From Octopus vulgaris (Eukaryota), in NCBI GenBank assembly GCA_951406725.2, contig OX597817.1:145142001-145206000 (forward strand): a stretch of 64,000 bases of DNA, in the 5' to 3' direction. Positions within the stretch are counted from its first letter, which is position 1. Each line of letters opens with the position of its first letter. The translations under genes and the position numbers were made by a program. Shown piece after piece: positions 13,376 through 28,655 of this stretch. The notes beneath the pieces are model-generated. The model was not told the origin of the DNA. It saw nothing but the letters and a program-made list of their open reading frames with translations, and ran no database searches.

Positions 13376-13834
13376 TTATTATTATTATTATTATCATTAT
13401 TATTATTTGATTTTGATTTATCACACTGATTTGTTAATTTCTGATTATATTTGCTAATTTCTCACAATCTCAATCTGCCTCATAATTTAAATGGCAAAAT
13501 TGAAGTCGCTTTCCTTTTTTTTCTTTCCCTCGTCGTATTTTGTTTTATGCGAAAGTTTTTATGCACATTGAAGGTATTTATGAGAAGTTTATCAGTTGCC
13601 GACATGTTTTCTAAGTGATTGTCTTTATCTGTGATAATCTTACCCTAAAACTTGCATGTCATTACAAGCTTTTATCAGAAAGAAAAATATATTCTCCACA
13701 TGGGGCTATTGGCAATGGAATTGCAGAGGTACTGTTTCTTTCTCGTTTTTTTTTCTTCGCTTTTTTTTTTCTTAAATAGAAGTATCAAATCAACAACAAA
13801 TTTCGATGTGAATATTTAAAACTAAGACAGTTTT

Positions 13835-13872
13835 TATATATACATATGTGTATGTGTGTAAATATATGTGTA

Positions 13873-13911
<39 letters not shown>

Positions 13912-13952
13912 CTATGTATATGTGTGTATATATATATACATGTATGTATGTA

Positions 13953-13984
<32 letters not shown>

Positions 13985-14040
13985 CATGTATGTATGTATA
14001 TATATATATGTATGTGTGTATATGTATATATATATATATT
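13835..14040. repeat. (TA)n/(TG)n microsatellite
   Basis: Seen directly in the sequence. Confidence 0.95.
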
Positions 14041-14827
14041 GTATTTGTTTTATTTGTCTTTCATGCACAGTTGTGTAATACGGTGATGTGGATTCTATTA
14101 CGGAATATCATACTGCTTGCTTCAAAACCGAAAAATAATAAACATTGGTGTAAGATGGATGAGCTTTCTCTTTCTCCTTTTCCTTCTTCTCCTTTGCTAT
14201 CACAATTTATCATGCAATCAAAATATTGGTTTAGGATTCAAGGGAGTTCTTGTATCCAATCTTGTTAGTATCTATCTGCATTCAGTGAGTTTGTTGGTAG
14301 TTGGATATTGTCTTTGGAACTGCTGCTTTACTCAATTTAGTTTTGTATCTTGCAAGCTCAACTGCTGGCAACCCTTATCATCTTCAGGTTCCATATTTCA
14401 ATGAATTATATCAAATGTCTTACTTACAGATTGAAACAGGAACCCATTGTTATTGTTGTTCTTTTCTCGCTGTTAAGATCTTTGAGATATTGTTGTTGTT
14501 GTTATTACTAAGACCCCTGTGCAGCCATTGTTTTTATGCATTTTGTTTTTTTACATATTTTACATACTTAATTATGATGATTATTTAACGTAGCGGATCT
14601 ACTTATCAAAATCTGAGCCAACATGAAAGCCTTTGTGTGTTTGCTCAACCAATTCCAGACAGCAGCCAAATCTTCCTTCAGTCACATGCTATCTTGGTAA
14701 GAAAGGAAAAGCACATTGCACAATGTATACCTTGATATACCTAGATGTAGGAAATGACAATATTGTCATGAGTCAATCCAGTATTGTTTTTATATAAATG
14801 GAATGGTGAGACCTAGTGGTATGGTTT

Positions 14828-15428
14828 CTTTTATATTTCAATCATTTCAGCTATTGGACTGTGGCCATGCTGGGGCATCACCTCGAAGAGTTTAATCAAA
14901 CAAATTTACTCCAGTACTTATTTTTAAGTCTGGTATTTATTCGTCTCTTTTGTCAAACTACTAAGTTACAGGGATGCAAACAAACTGACACTGGTTGTTG
15001 AGTGGTGTGAGGGGACAAACACAAGCACACACATGCATGTGACAGGTAAGGCGGCGATCTGGCAGAAACGTTAGCACGCCAGGTGAAATGCTTAGCGATA
15101 TTTTGTCTGTTTTTACATTCTGAGTTCAAGTTCTGTCAAGGTTGACCTTTGTCTTTCGTCCTTTCAGGGTCAATAAATTATGTACCAGTTGCATACTGGG
15201 ATCGATCTAATCAACTGGCCCCCCTCCCCCAAAATTCCAGGCCTTGTGCCTAGAATAGAAAGGAATATATGTGACAGGTTTCCACAGAATTTTGGTCCAT
15301 TTAGCAAGGCATTGGTTGGCCTGTGGTTATAGTAGCAGACATTTGCCCAAAGTGCTGTGTAGTGGAACTGAACCCAAAACCACATGGTTACAAAGTAAGT
15401 TTGGTAACCACTTGGCTGTACCTGCTCC
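14828..15428 (-). mobile_element. Decayed SINE family A interrupted by a family B insertion
   Basis: Family A tail half at 14828-15036 and head half at 15280-15428. Confidence 0.7.
15048..15268 (+). mobile_element. SINE family B with 11-bp TSD
   Basis: aaggcggcgatctggcagaaacgttagc...agaaaggaat, flanked by ATGTGACAGGT at 15037-15047 and 15269-15279. Confidence 0.9.
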
Positions 15429-15554
15429 TGTGGGGAGTTTTTTTATTTACTTTGTTGGAATTAGTAAATGTGGAATGGTTTTAGTTAGACTGCCTAAGTC
15501 AATCGAAGAATAAAAGTAAGTACTGTATTGGGTCCTTAGGCTGATGGAACTGGA

Positions 15555-15755
15555 TACTTGGTTTCCATGGCATATAAATGACTGAGATCATATTCCTCAT
15601 GAACGGGACCCCTGTCCATCACAGGGTTACTGTTTTACAGCCGAGTGGACTGGGGCAATGTGAAAGAAAGTATTTCTGCTCAAGAACACAAGGCACCATC
15701 CTGTACAGGAATTGAAACCGTGATCTTACAATTGTAAGTGCAGCACCCTTAATCA
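15555..15755 (-). mobile_element. SINE family E (decayed)
   Basis: Reverse-complement similarity to 28656-28906 (gagtggactggggcaatgtgaaa...gctcaagaacacaa). Confidence 0.6.
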
Positions 15756-15784
15756 TTTCAAATTCATTCTAGAATTGCCTATGG

Positions 15785-16085
15785 GTATATAGTATAGTGG
15801 ATAAGAGCACGGGATACTAACTCTCGGATTCTGAGTTCAGTCCCAGGTAGGGACTGGGGAAATAATATCAACAGAAAAACTAACATCAGCAAAAAAGAGT
15901 ACCTTAGGAATGAGAACAGAGTACCCCATTAGTCAAATAAAGGGTTGGGTTCGAAATTCCACCAGGACACCTGATGAAGGCTGGAGAGTACATCAGCTGA
16001 AACATTGTGGTAAGAACAAGTAAGGTTAGGACACCTATCCCTCTATTGTAAATAATGTTAATTCCTCATCTCAAAAATATAAAAT
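15785..16085 (+). mobile_element. tRNA-headed SINE-like element containing a hammerhead-ribozyme motif
   Basis: A-box-like TAGTATAGTGG (15790-15800), B-box-like GAGTTCAGTCC (15833-15843), hammerhead motif at 15968-16009. The 3' boundary is approximate. Confidence 0.6.
15968..16009 (+). ncRNA. Minimal (Penelope-type) hammerhead ribozyme motif, probably decayed
   Basis: cac-CTGATGA-a-GGCTG(gagagtacat)CAGCT-GAAAC-ATT-gtg. Two CpG-type changes separate it from an intact ...CAGCCGAAACGTTGTG. Confidence 0.6.
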
Positions 16086-16744
16086 AGTATCAGGCCATAC
16101 ACTCTCACAGTCTGAAGATGCAGGGAGCGATAAAAATAGAACTAAAATGGAAAGAAAGTACTGAAGATCTACATTGGCAAAACAAATATTTCTAAAAATA
16201 TGTGATTTAGCTTTGGAGATTTCATTCTATTTCTTTGCTTAAACTGTTGCTTTCTACATATTTCTGTGAGTCATTCCATTCTTCAGATATATTTGGAATT
16301 CTGACTAACTCAATGGTCATATTTGTAAATAAGCTTCCAGGAAGGTCTTGTGTAACTTTAGGCTTCCTTTCAATGAGCCTGAATTAACCTTTTTTTTTTT
16401 ATATATATCTTTTGATGTAACATCTAGTTTCATAGCAATGTGTCATTGTTATTGATTTTTGGCCCCAGGCCATCTCTGATTAAGCAAGCCTACAACCAAA
16501 AACTTTCCAGTCTTGTTGATTCCACCTTATTTTTATTTTTGAAGACTAAATTACCTGGTGTCTCTTTCATTGTTGAAAATGGTATAGTGTAATTTGAAAG
16601 GATTTTGGTTACTATTTTTAGCAAGATTTGTTGTGGGGAAGTCAATGAGTTTCATTTTGTGTATGACTAACTGTAAGGCAAAACTTTGAAATAACTAGTA
16701 ATCTTGCCATGTAAAATTATATATACATGTACATATATATAGAA

Positions 16745-16906
16745 GCAGGAGTGGCTGTGTGGTAAGTAGCTTGCTTGCCAACCACATGGTTCCAGGTTCA
16801 GTCCCACTGCATGGCACCTTGGGCAAGTGTCTTCTACTATAGTCTCAGGCAGACCAAAGCCTTGTGATTGGATTTGGTAGATGGAAACTGAAAGAAGCCT
16901 GTCGTA

Positions 16907-16946
<40 letters not shown>

Positions 16947-17166
16947 GTATGTGTGTGTATATGTTTGTGTGTGTGTTTGTCCTCCACATCGCTTGACATC
17001 TGATGCTGGTGTGTTTACGTACCCGTAACTTTGCGGTTTGGCAAAAGAGACCGATAGAATAAGTACTAGACTTACAAAGAATAAGACCTGGGGTCGATTT
17101 GCTCAACTAAAAGGTGGTGCTCCAGCATGGCCACAGTCAAATGACTGAAATAAAAAAATAAAGGAA
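16745..17166 (+). mobile_element. SINE family A, full length
   Basis: gcaggagtggctgtgtggtaag...ggtgctccagcatggccacagtcaaatgactgaaa. Confidence 0.9.
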
Positions 17167-17439
17167 TATGTGTGTGTGTGTCTGCTTTTATGCCAAGTTA
17201 CATACAAAACAATTTAACATTAAGTTATAGGATTACCCAATACATTTTAGTTGAGTACATATTTGTTAAATTTTTCAATTTGGTTGCCTTGTTCACCTTG
17301 ATGCTGAAAGTGAAGAAGCCAAAGCTTTGAAGTCATTGATCTTTTCATTGTAGATGTTTAATAAATGTAATACACACACACGCACATGTCTGTGTGTGTA
17401 TAGATATTTACATATCACCCCCACTATACACAAATTACT

Positions 17440-17768
17440 GGTCCTGTGCTGTTGGCATGTAAAAAGCATCATTCGAGCATGGTCGTTGCCAGTGCCGCCT
17501 GACTGGCTCCCGTGTTTGTGGCACATAAAAAGCACCATTCAAGCATGCTCGATGCCAATACCACCTGACTGGCCCTCATGCTGGTGGCACATAAAAAGTA
17601 CCCACTATACTCTTGGAGTGGTTGGCATTAGGAAGGGCATCCAGCTGTCGAATCATTGCCAGATCAGATTGGAGCCTGGCACAGCCTTCTGGCTTGCCAG
17701 CCCCCACTCAAACCGTCCAACCCATTCCAGCATCGAAAGCAGACGTTAAACGACAACGATGATGATAA
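17440..17768 (+). mobile_element. Retroposon family F with about 66-bp 5' tandem units and (GAT)n tail
   Basis: Tandem gtgctggtggcacgtaaaaagcacca-like units, then ggcattaggaagggcatccagctgt...gacgttaaacgac(gat)n. Copy at 32355 and many fragments elsewhere. Confidence 0.75.
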
Positions 17769-17801
17769 TGATTATTATTTATATGCATATATATATATAT
17801 A

Positions 17802-18350
17802 TACTTTGATACTTTGATACTTTGATAGGTTTCGGCCATTATTGGCCCAGGCCATGTCTAACTTAATAGCACCACCTGGTGAAGTCTTTCAAGTCAGAAT
17901 TTGGGCACTATGGCCCACTCAAGTAGAGAGTTATTGTTTACAGAGACATATCCGGGTGTAGGGGGTTTATCCGGGATTTCTTGAAGGAATCTGTCCAAAG
18001 ACTTCTTGAACCCTATAGGGTGAGTTTCTGTTTTAATGTGTTTTGGTGTAATGTTAAAGAGAGCGGGGCCAATTGAGGTGAAGTAATTGTGCCGTATTGT
18101 TGTTATGAGATGAGAGTGCGATTTTTGTTTTGGGCGGATGGCACGGGGCCCAAGCCTTGGATGTACCTTAAAGGTGATGCCAACATCATTTGGGCAATGC
18201 TGATGGAATATTTTCCACATCATGCAGATAATGTAGCGCTCACGACGACGTTGGAGAGAATAGAGTTTTAGCTTTTCTAGCCGACCCCAATAGTCGAGGC
18301 CTGTCATGCCATCTATCTTTTTTGTGATTGCCCTTTGAGGTGCTTCAACT
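17802..18350 (-). mobile_element. 5'-truncated CR1-group LINE (ORF2 C-terminus, 3' UTR, 8-bp tandem tail)
   Basis: Open frame [38 protein letters not shown]...GPALFN...FKKSLDRFL, typical of the CR1/L2 post-RT domain. Tail is (TCAAAGTA)3. Both flanks read tttatatgcatatata. Confidence 0.85.
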
Positions 18351-21145
<2,795 letters not shown>

Positions 21146-21832
21146 ATAATGTAAAAGCTTTGTGGAGATTTATTCTTGAAGTTTAAAATTTCTCTCATGA
21201 ATATAAATTCAGAACTTCTTTCTTTTTGATTTATTTATTTTCACTTTATTTTTATTCTTTTTCTCCTTAAGGAATAATGGTATGGAATGTTCTTTTAATG
21301 AGTTAACTTATTTATAGAATTTTCTTAGATTCTGATAGATCAGACCAGCAAAACCCAAAGAGCAATGAAGTTGAGAACAATAACTTTAAAAAAAAAAACA
21401 CCAGATATCTACAACTCATATTATATATATTTACTTTATATTACAATCGGTGAAAAATAGCATCAGTGATTACAAGTTTCCTACAAACCAATCATTGGTT
21501 TATTGCATTTTTGGAAGTGAGGTTAACAAGAGAATGTCTTAACTCAGGTACTGAACAAATATCACTAGGGACTTCGCTTGCAAAACACCTGTTTTAGGTT
21601 CATTAATGGGTGTTATACACAGTTTTGTATGATGTGGCTATATATTAGAAATAACAAGTGTTGTATTTTAAGATGGTGTGAACTCTTCCAGGTCAGTGAG
21701 TTTTTGTTTTGTTCTTTTTTAAATATTTTAATTTGATTTTTTATTGTTTTTTTTTCTCTTCTGTATTAATTGTTTGTCATTGAGTCAATATTTTCATTAT
21801 ATCTTATTACCCCTCAACAACAGTTCAGTGTG

Positions 21833-22286
21833 CTCGTTACTGTATTTATCTTGAGATGCTCTATGTTTCTTTTAATTACTTTAAATATAACAAAGAATTT
21901 AGTAAAATAACTTAGTTACCATTTAGCTGGTGTTAGGAACATAAATTGTGGCTAAGGTTTTATGGAAGATTTTAATTCAAAACTTATGAAAACAAGACAT
22001 TTGTTCTACAGAGCCATGCTGGTTTCAGCCAGGCTGGTATCAAAATGGTTAAATTAAACATTTGTTAACCCTTTTGTTACCATATTTTTGTTGAGATGCT
22101 GTTTTTCTTTCAATTAATTTTAAATATAACAAAAAATTTAGTAAAATAACTTGCTTATCATTCAGTTAGTGTTAGGAACATAAATTGTGACTAAGGTTTG
22201 GTGGAAGATTTTAATTCAAAACTTATGAAAACAAGACATTTGTACCAGAGAGCCGGTTTCAGCTGGGTTGGTAAAGAAAGGGTTAA
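21833..22286. mobile_element. Two adjacent family C piggyBac-type MITEs
   Basis: 21833-22052 (left end eroded) and 22065-22286 (TTAACCCTTTTGTTAC...GAAAGGGTTAA). Confidence 0.8.
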
Positions 22287-22347
22287 TATACCGGTGTAGG
22301 TGTTTTGTTGTAGTTTAAGATTGTAAACTCCATTCTACTTTGTTTCT

Positions 22348-23112
22348 GTGTGGCTGTACAGTAAGAAGTTTGCTTCCCAACCACATGGTTCTGGGTTCAG
22401 TCCCACTGAGTGGCATCTTGGGCAAGTGTCTTCTACTAACTATAGCCTCAGGCCAACCAAATCCTTGTAAGTGAATTTGGTATACAGAAACCGAAAGAAG
22501 CCCATCCTGTGTATATGTGTGTGAGTTTGTGTCTATGTTTGTACCCTGTTATTGCTTGACAACTGGTGTTGGTGTGTTTACATCCTTGTAACTTAGTGGT
22601 TCAGCAAAAAGAGACCAATAAAATAAGTACCAGATTTTTAAAAAAATCAGTCCTGAGGTTGATTCATTTGATTAAAACATTTTCAAGGCATGTGTTGTCA
22701 TCTTCATCAGGAGTGGCTGTATGGTAATTAGCTTTCTTATCAACCACATGGTTCCGGGTTCAGTCCCACTGCATGGCACCTTGGGCAAGTGTCTTCTACT
22801 ATAGCCTCAGGCTAACCAATGCCTTGTGACTGGATTTGGTAGACAGAAACTGAAAGAAGCCCGTTGTATAGATATATATATATGCAGGTGTGTGTATATG
22901 TTTGTGTGTCTATGTTTGTCCCCCCGACATTGCTTGACAACCGATGCTGGTGTGTTTACATCCCCGTAACTTAGTAGTTCGGCAAAAGAGACCGATAGAA
23001 TAAGTACTAGGCTTACAAAGAATAAGTCCTGGGGTCGATTTGCTCAACTAGAGGCGGTGCTCCAGCATGGCCACAGTCAAATGACTGAAACAAGTAAAAG
23101 AGTAAAAAAGAG
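22348..23112 (+). mobile_element. Two head-to-tail SINE family A copies
   Basis: Heads at about 22348 and 22708; the second copy has a complete tail ...gactgaaacaagtaaaagag. Confidence 0.85.
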
Positions 23113-23418
23113 TGAAACGGAATGACTGATAGGGGTAGCTTCGTCCCTCATTTACATCCATCCACTCCCATAAAGCTAACATTAAATACCATCTATTAGC
23201 AAAAAATCCTGAGGTGCAGAAGAATTTATATCATATTAACTAACTGCAAGAATATCAACAATAGCAGCTGATCTGTTATTATTAATAACCAACAGCATCT
23301 ATATCCGTCATTAGCAATTTATCAATGAATCGATCAATAACAACAAGGAGAGCAACTATTACTAATCAGTGAATTATAATCAACAGTCAGTTCATATAAC
23401 AATAACAACAACAACCAG

Positions 23419-23842
23419 TTGGGGATATTTAGCAACACATCATCATCATCATCATAATTATTGTCATCATCATCATCACAAGCAGTAGCAGCATCATCAT
23501 CAACAGCACCAACAACATCAACGAATTGGTGATACTTAGCAACACATCATCATCATCGTCAGCATCATTATCATCTTCATCATTATTGTCATCATCGTCA
23601 TCATCACAAGCAGTAGCATCATCATCATCATCAACAACATCAACCAATTGGCGATACTCAGCAACACATCATCATCATCATTGTCGTCATCATTATCACT
23701 ATCATCATCATTGGTGATACTTAGCAACATATCACTGAAACATTCATCAACATCATCATCTGCATCTTCATTATCATCAATGTTGTCATCGTCATCACTG
23801 TCATCATCAGCATTGTCACTACCATCATCACCGTCATCATCA
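23419..23842. repeat. (CAT)n-rich minisatellite with recurring anchor ttggtgatacttagcaacac
   Basis: Anchor variants at 23419, 23526, 23648 and 23711. Confidence 0.85.
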
Positions 23843-24395
23843 ATTTCTTTTGTTTCCTTATTTTACACAAGATGTTTGCACAACACTCACCCACGCATGG
23901 TGACTACATAAACAAACAAACTCCTCCCCACCCACCCCCGTCTTCTTGTCATAAATATTGAACATTAAAGATTAGTAAGAGTCTAAATATAGATTCAGCA
24001 CTCATGGATATCGGTTCGGTTTCTCTGTGATAAAATGTTGCAAAAAGGAGAAAGGAATGGAAACCAAAATGGAACCAATTACATCAGGATTTCTCTCTTT
24101 ACCTCAAAGAAATTCTACCTTTTATTCAATCTGTTTATTTGCTAAGGTTTTTTTTTTTTATTTATATAACTCCTTCTTCCAACGTTTTCTTTGGTTATTT
24201 GTGAGTCATAACCGTGGTGGTGGTGGCGGCAGTAGTAGAATGGTTGTGGTAGTAGTAGCAAGGTGGTGGTGGTGGAGGTGACAATGCTAATTATTACAAG
24301 AATGATTCTGAAGTCCAAATATTGCTAGAAATTAATAGGATCTGCACTCAAGTGAGTCGGTGATTGGTGTTTGGAATCAGAATGAAATCAAATCT

Positions 24396-24519
24396 ATTAT
24401 TATTATCATTTTTATTATTATTATTATTATTATTATTGTTATTATTATTATTATTATTGTTATTATTATTATTATTGTTATTGGTATTATTATTGTCATT
24501 ATTATTATTATTATTATTA
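24396..24519. repeat. (ATT)n microsatellite
   Basis: Seen directly in the sequence. Confidence 0.95.
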
Positions 24520-24562
24520 GCTATGTCAGTCAATCAGTCATATATTGAGTATTTGCCAAACC

Positions 24563-24597
<35 letters not shown>

Positions 24598-25937
24598 CGA
24601 CAACAATCAAATGATATTTGGTTATATTTCCATTTAATCGGATTGTGAGGAATTACTGGAAACGAATTTGGTTTTGCCGAGAAAACATTTGTTGTGTTTT
24701 TCAATGTACTTTTTTCGGTCTCAACCAACCACTTTGCCGTTATTTATTAAAATAAGTGACTAATTGCCATTGTGTAGCCGACCAAGAACAAGTAGGGGCT
24801 TTGGAATAATTATGCCTATGCAATAAATAAATAAATAAATAAGCAAGCATGCGAACCGAAAACTCTTCAAGTATTTGATTGTGTTTGGAGTGGGCCTGGT
24901 TAACCAAATGATTGAGTAAGGCTGGGAAACACAAACCCGAGTTCCGTAGCTTTCCAACAATCCAACATTGTTGAATCGTTTCCTTTTTTTACTTTTAAAT
25001 GCTTCAACTGTTACAACGAAACAAGAAAAGAAAAAAACAATTAGGAAACAAAACAATAGAGAAAAGAAACATTGGTATTTTCATTTCTATAATATTGTTG
25101 TTGTTGCTGTTGTTGTTAAATTGGACAAGAGAGGTATAATGTCTGTGATTGTTGGCTCTGAATAGACATTGTCAAAGCAGCACATTGGCACCTTTTGTTA
25201 GAGATTGTTGCAGGAGTGAAGTACTGTTCTGTGTGCATGTGGTGTGTGTGTGTGTGTTTTTCTTTTTTTTTCTTTCAAAGCAACAACAAAGAAATAAATA
25301 AAGTAAAACATAGAATTTCAGAAACTAAATATGAATAAAAAAAAAAAAATGAGATGACATACGCCACTGCTATTTTTTTAAGATTGGTTCAATGAAGTGT
25401 ATTAACATTTACAATGCAAGTTGTATTTTTATGGAAATGCTTCCGCGATGAGGAAAACAAGAGATTTATAATAGAAACAACAACAACAGCAACACTGTTG
25501 ATTGTGTTAAAGATTGTAATCCGTAGCAATTGAAACAATACCTCTGAAATTCCAAATATGCCACATTAAATCAAGTGACTGATTACTTGAGATAAAACAA
25601 AATATATCTACCATGCTGATATTTTAATTTGTTATTTGAGTTTCACAAAAAATTAGTGTCATTTTAAAATAAGTTCCTTGATCAAAAGATGTTATATAAG
25701 TTGTGTACACAGAGGTCATTCCTCGAAAAACACAATGGAAACCTGGACCAAATAAATCATAATGATTCAGTGAGTGAACAAGGAAATTTCTGGAAAAAGA
25801 ATTTTGACATGATCAGTTTTGTTTATTATGTTCAATATTTCACTATTCAATATATATGAAATATGTCAATATTCTCTGACACACTGTTTGCCAGTTCCTG
25901 TGATTCCCAATCTTTTATGGCTGACTTGCACTCACAT

Positions 25938-26189
<252 letters not shown>

Positions 26190-26633
26190 AACTGCAATTT
26201 GTCTGCCATAACAGTTCTATGTATAAACTGCCATACAGAATCAAACTACTGACATATGTATCGCTTAGTCTTTGCCTTCTCTCCAATGACGGAATCTTTT
26301 TGTTGCCAACAGAGATAGCACTTCTGTCTCTAAACTTATATCATTTTCTTCATATGTTAGATTCAATCAGTTGAGACAGCTAACACTTCTCACTTCACAA
26401 AGTATTTAGGTATTAACCCTTTAGGGTTTAAACTGGCCCTATGTGGCCCAAATAGTCTACCTGTCTTGTGTTCAAACTGGCCAGATCCAGCCTCTCACAC
26501 CTACATTCTAAAGATCAACAACCTCATCATCAAAATCTCCAAGCTACAAGACAATGTATGATTAATTCAAAATAAATAAGGATTACATTTGACAAACTAT
26601 AACAATTATAACAATTACAATAACAATAAAAAC

Positions 26634-26845
26634 AAGGCGGTGGTGAGCTGGCAGAAATGTTAGCACATCAGGCGAAATACTTAGCGGTATTTCGTCTGTC
26701 TTTACATTCTGAGTTCAAATTCCACTGAGGTCGACTTTGCCCTTCATCCTTTCGGAGGGTCAATAAATTAAGTACCAATTACGTACTGGAGTCGATGTAA
26801 TTGACTGACACCCTCCCACAAAGCTTCAGGCCTTGTAGAAAAGAA
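26634..26845 (+). mobile_element. SINE family B
   Basis: aaggcgg...gagctggcagaaatgttagc...gagttcaaattcc... Confidence 0.85.
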
Positions 26846-27202
26846 TAACAGTAACAACAAGAAAACAACAATGATTAACTTTAATAAGTATAACAGTATC
26901 AATAATAATAACAACAACAACAACAACAATAATAATAATAATAATAATAATAATAGAATGACAACAGAAACAACACCAATAATAATAATAATAATGCACA
27001 TCTTAAAACTCCTATACTGTCTTACTTGATCCATTTCCAGAGCAAAGTAGATTACTGAAGTAAAACATCTTACTTAATCCCTTCAATTTATGGTCTTTAA
27101 TCTTTGACTACTAATTAACGTTGCTTAATTACACTAGACAATATGTGAGTCTGTTAGCATTTCATTATACTTGTAGGATAATGGATTTTTACTACTATTA
27201 TT

Positions 27203-27775
27203 AAGGCGGCGAGTTGGCAGTGTTGTTGGCACACTGAGCAAAATGCTTTGAGTTCAAATTCCACCAAAGTCAACTCTGCCTTCCAGTCCTATCAGGATCA
27301 ATAAACAAAGTACCAGTTGTATACTGGGGTGGGGGTCAATGTAATTCACTCGCCCCACCGCCTCCCCTGCACTTGTTGGCCTTGTGATGCATTTTGTCCA
27401 TTTTTATTGTTTTGCGTTTAAATTCTGCTGAGGTTGACTTTGCCGTTCATCCTTTTGGGGTTGATGAAATAAATACCAGTGAAATACTGAGGTTGATGTT
27501 ATCAACTTATCTCCTCCTCCAAATTGCTGGCCTTGTGCCAAAACTGACATCATCATCATTATTGGCAGCAAGCTAGCAGAATCATTAGCATATCTGACAA
27601 AATGCTTAGTGACATTTCTTCCAACTATGTTCTAAGTTCAAATCCTGCCGTGGTCAGCTTTGCCTTTCATCCTTTCAGGATTGATTTAAAAAAAGCCCAG
27701 TTGAGCACTTGGGTCAATGTAATTGATCCCCCCCCCCCCCCCAGAATAGCTGGTCTTGCTCCAAAATTTGAAACC
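27203..27775 (+). mobile_element. Cluster of three decayed SINE family B copies
   Basis: Repeated gttcaaat...tttgcc..tcatccttt...ggccttgtg modules. Confidence 0.7.
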
Positions 27776-28655
27776 TTTATTAGCATTGAACCTTATTAGT
27801 ACTGTTTAGCTCTACATCAACTCTGAGTGGACCTATGATCAGAAACATTCCAATAGTGACTATCCTGTCTTTTTTTAGGGGTATCTGTGACTACATAGTT
27901 AATGTATTTTCTTTTGTTAATATGAGAGGATGTGATTTGAGGGAGATTTGGCTGCTATTTATTCTAGTTTGAGCAGCCACACAGAATAAGGGTTCTCACA
28001 CAAAATCCCAAATCTGGATTTTTTTAGGGGACTGCACCAACAAAAGTAAAGCATAAGTTAATTAAATAAAAAATTATAATATATATTGTGGGAAGGCCAT
28101 CAGGGGCTGCTGAAAGAATGCTTGAGGGCCACATACAGCTCTGGAAGCCATAGTTAAGAACCACTGACATAGACGCTTCTTCATTTGGTTGAATAATGGA
28201 TGGGGTTTCCTTCTATCATTCATTCCTTAACTTGTTTTCAATAAATCCTGAAAACTTTAATATTATTTTAAACATTTCCCAAATCAGTAAGACCTCAGTT
28301 CATAGACTGTGGACATTTTCTTGACTTAGAAATCACCATCATCATCGTTTTTACATCCTCCTTTTCCTACCTGCATAGGTTTGATGGAAGTTTCGAAGAT
28401 AGTGTTTTACAGTTGGATGTCTTTCCAGATGCCAACCTCTTCAGTCGTCTTTTATGACAATCATCAATATTGAACACCTATTCTAGAAATCAAGATGCTC
28501 AAAGGAATAAGGAAACTTTAAAGAAAGCATATTTAGCAGCACCAAGACAGCAATGAATAATATCTCTAAATTTATTTCATAAGAATTCTATTTTTCCACA
28601 GCAGTAAATATATAATTTTGAATATTTACTTAGTGATTCGTTCACTACTAGTTCA

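Noticed and set aside
23419-23735. CRISPR-like repeat-spacer appearance
   Set aside because: The spacers are low-complexity, related to each other and unequal in length. The context is eukaryotic and there are no cas genes.
24348-24648. Poly-Leu/Ile/Asn ORFs resembling membrane or signal peptides
   Set aside because: Translations of the (ATT)n microsatellite.
28153-28166. hAT-like terminus gttaagaaccactg (similar at 31614-31628)
   Set aside because: No matching opposite TIR or 8-bp TSD found.
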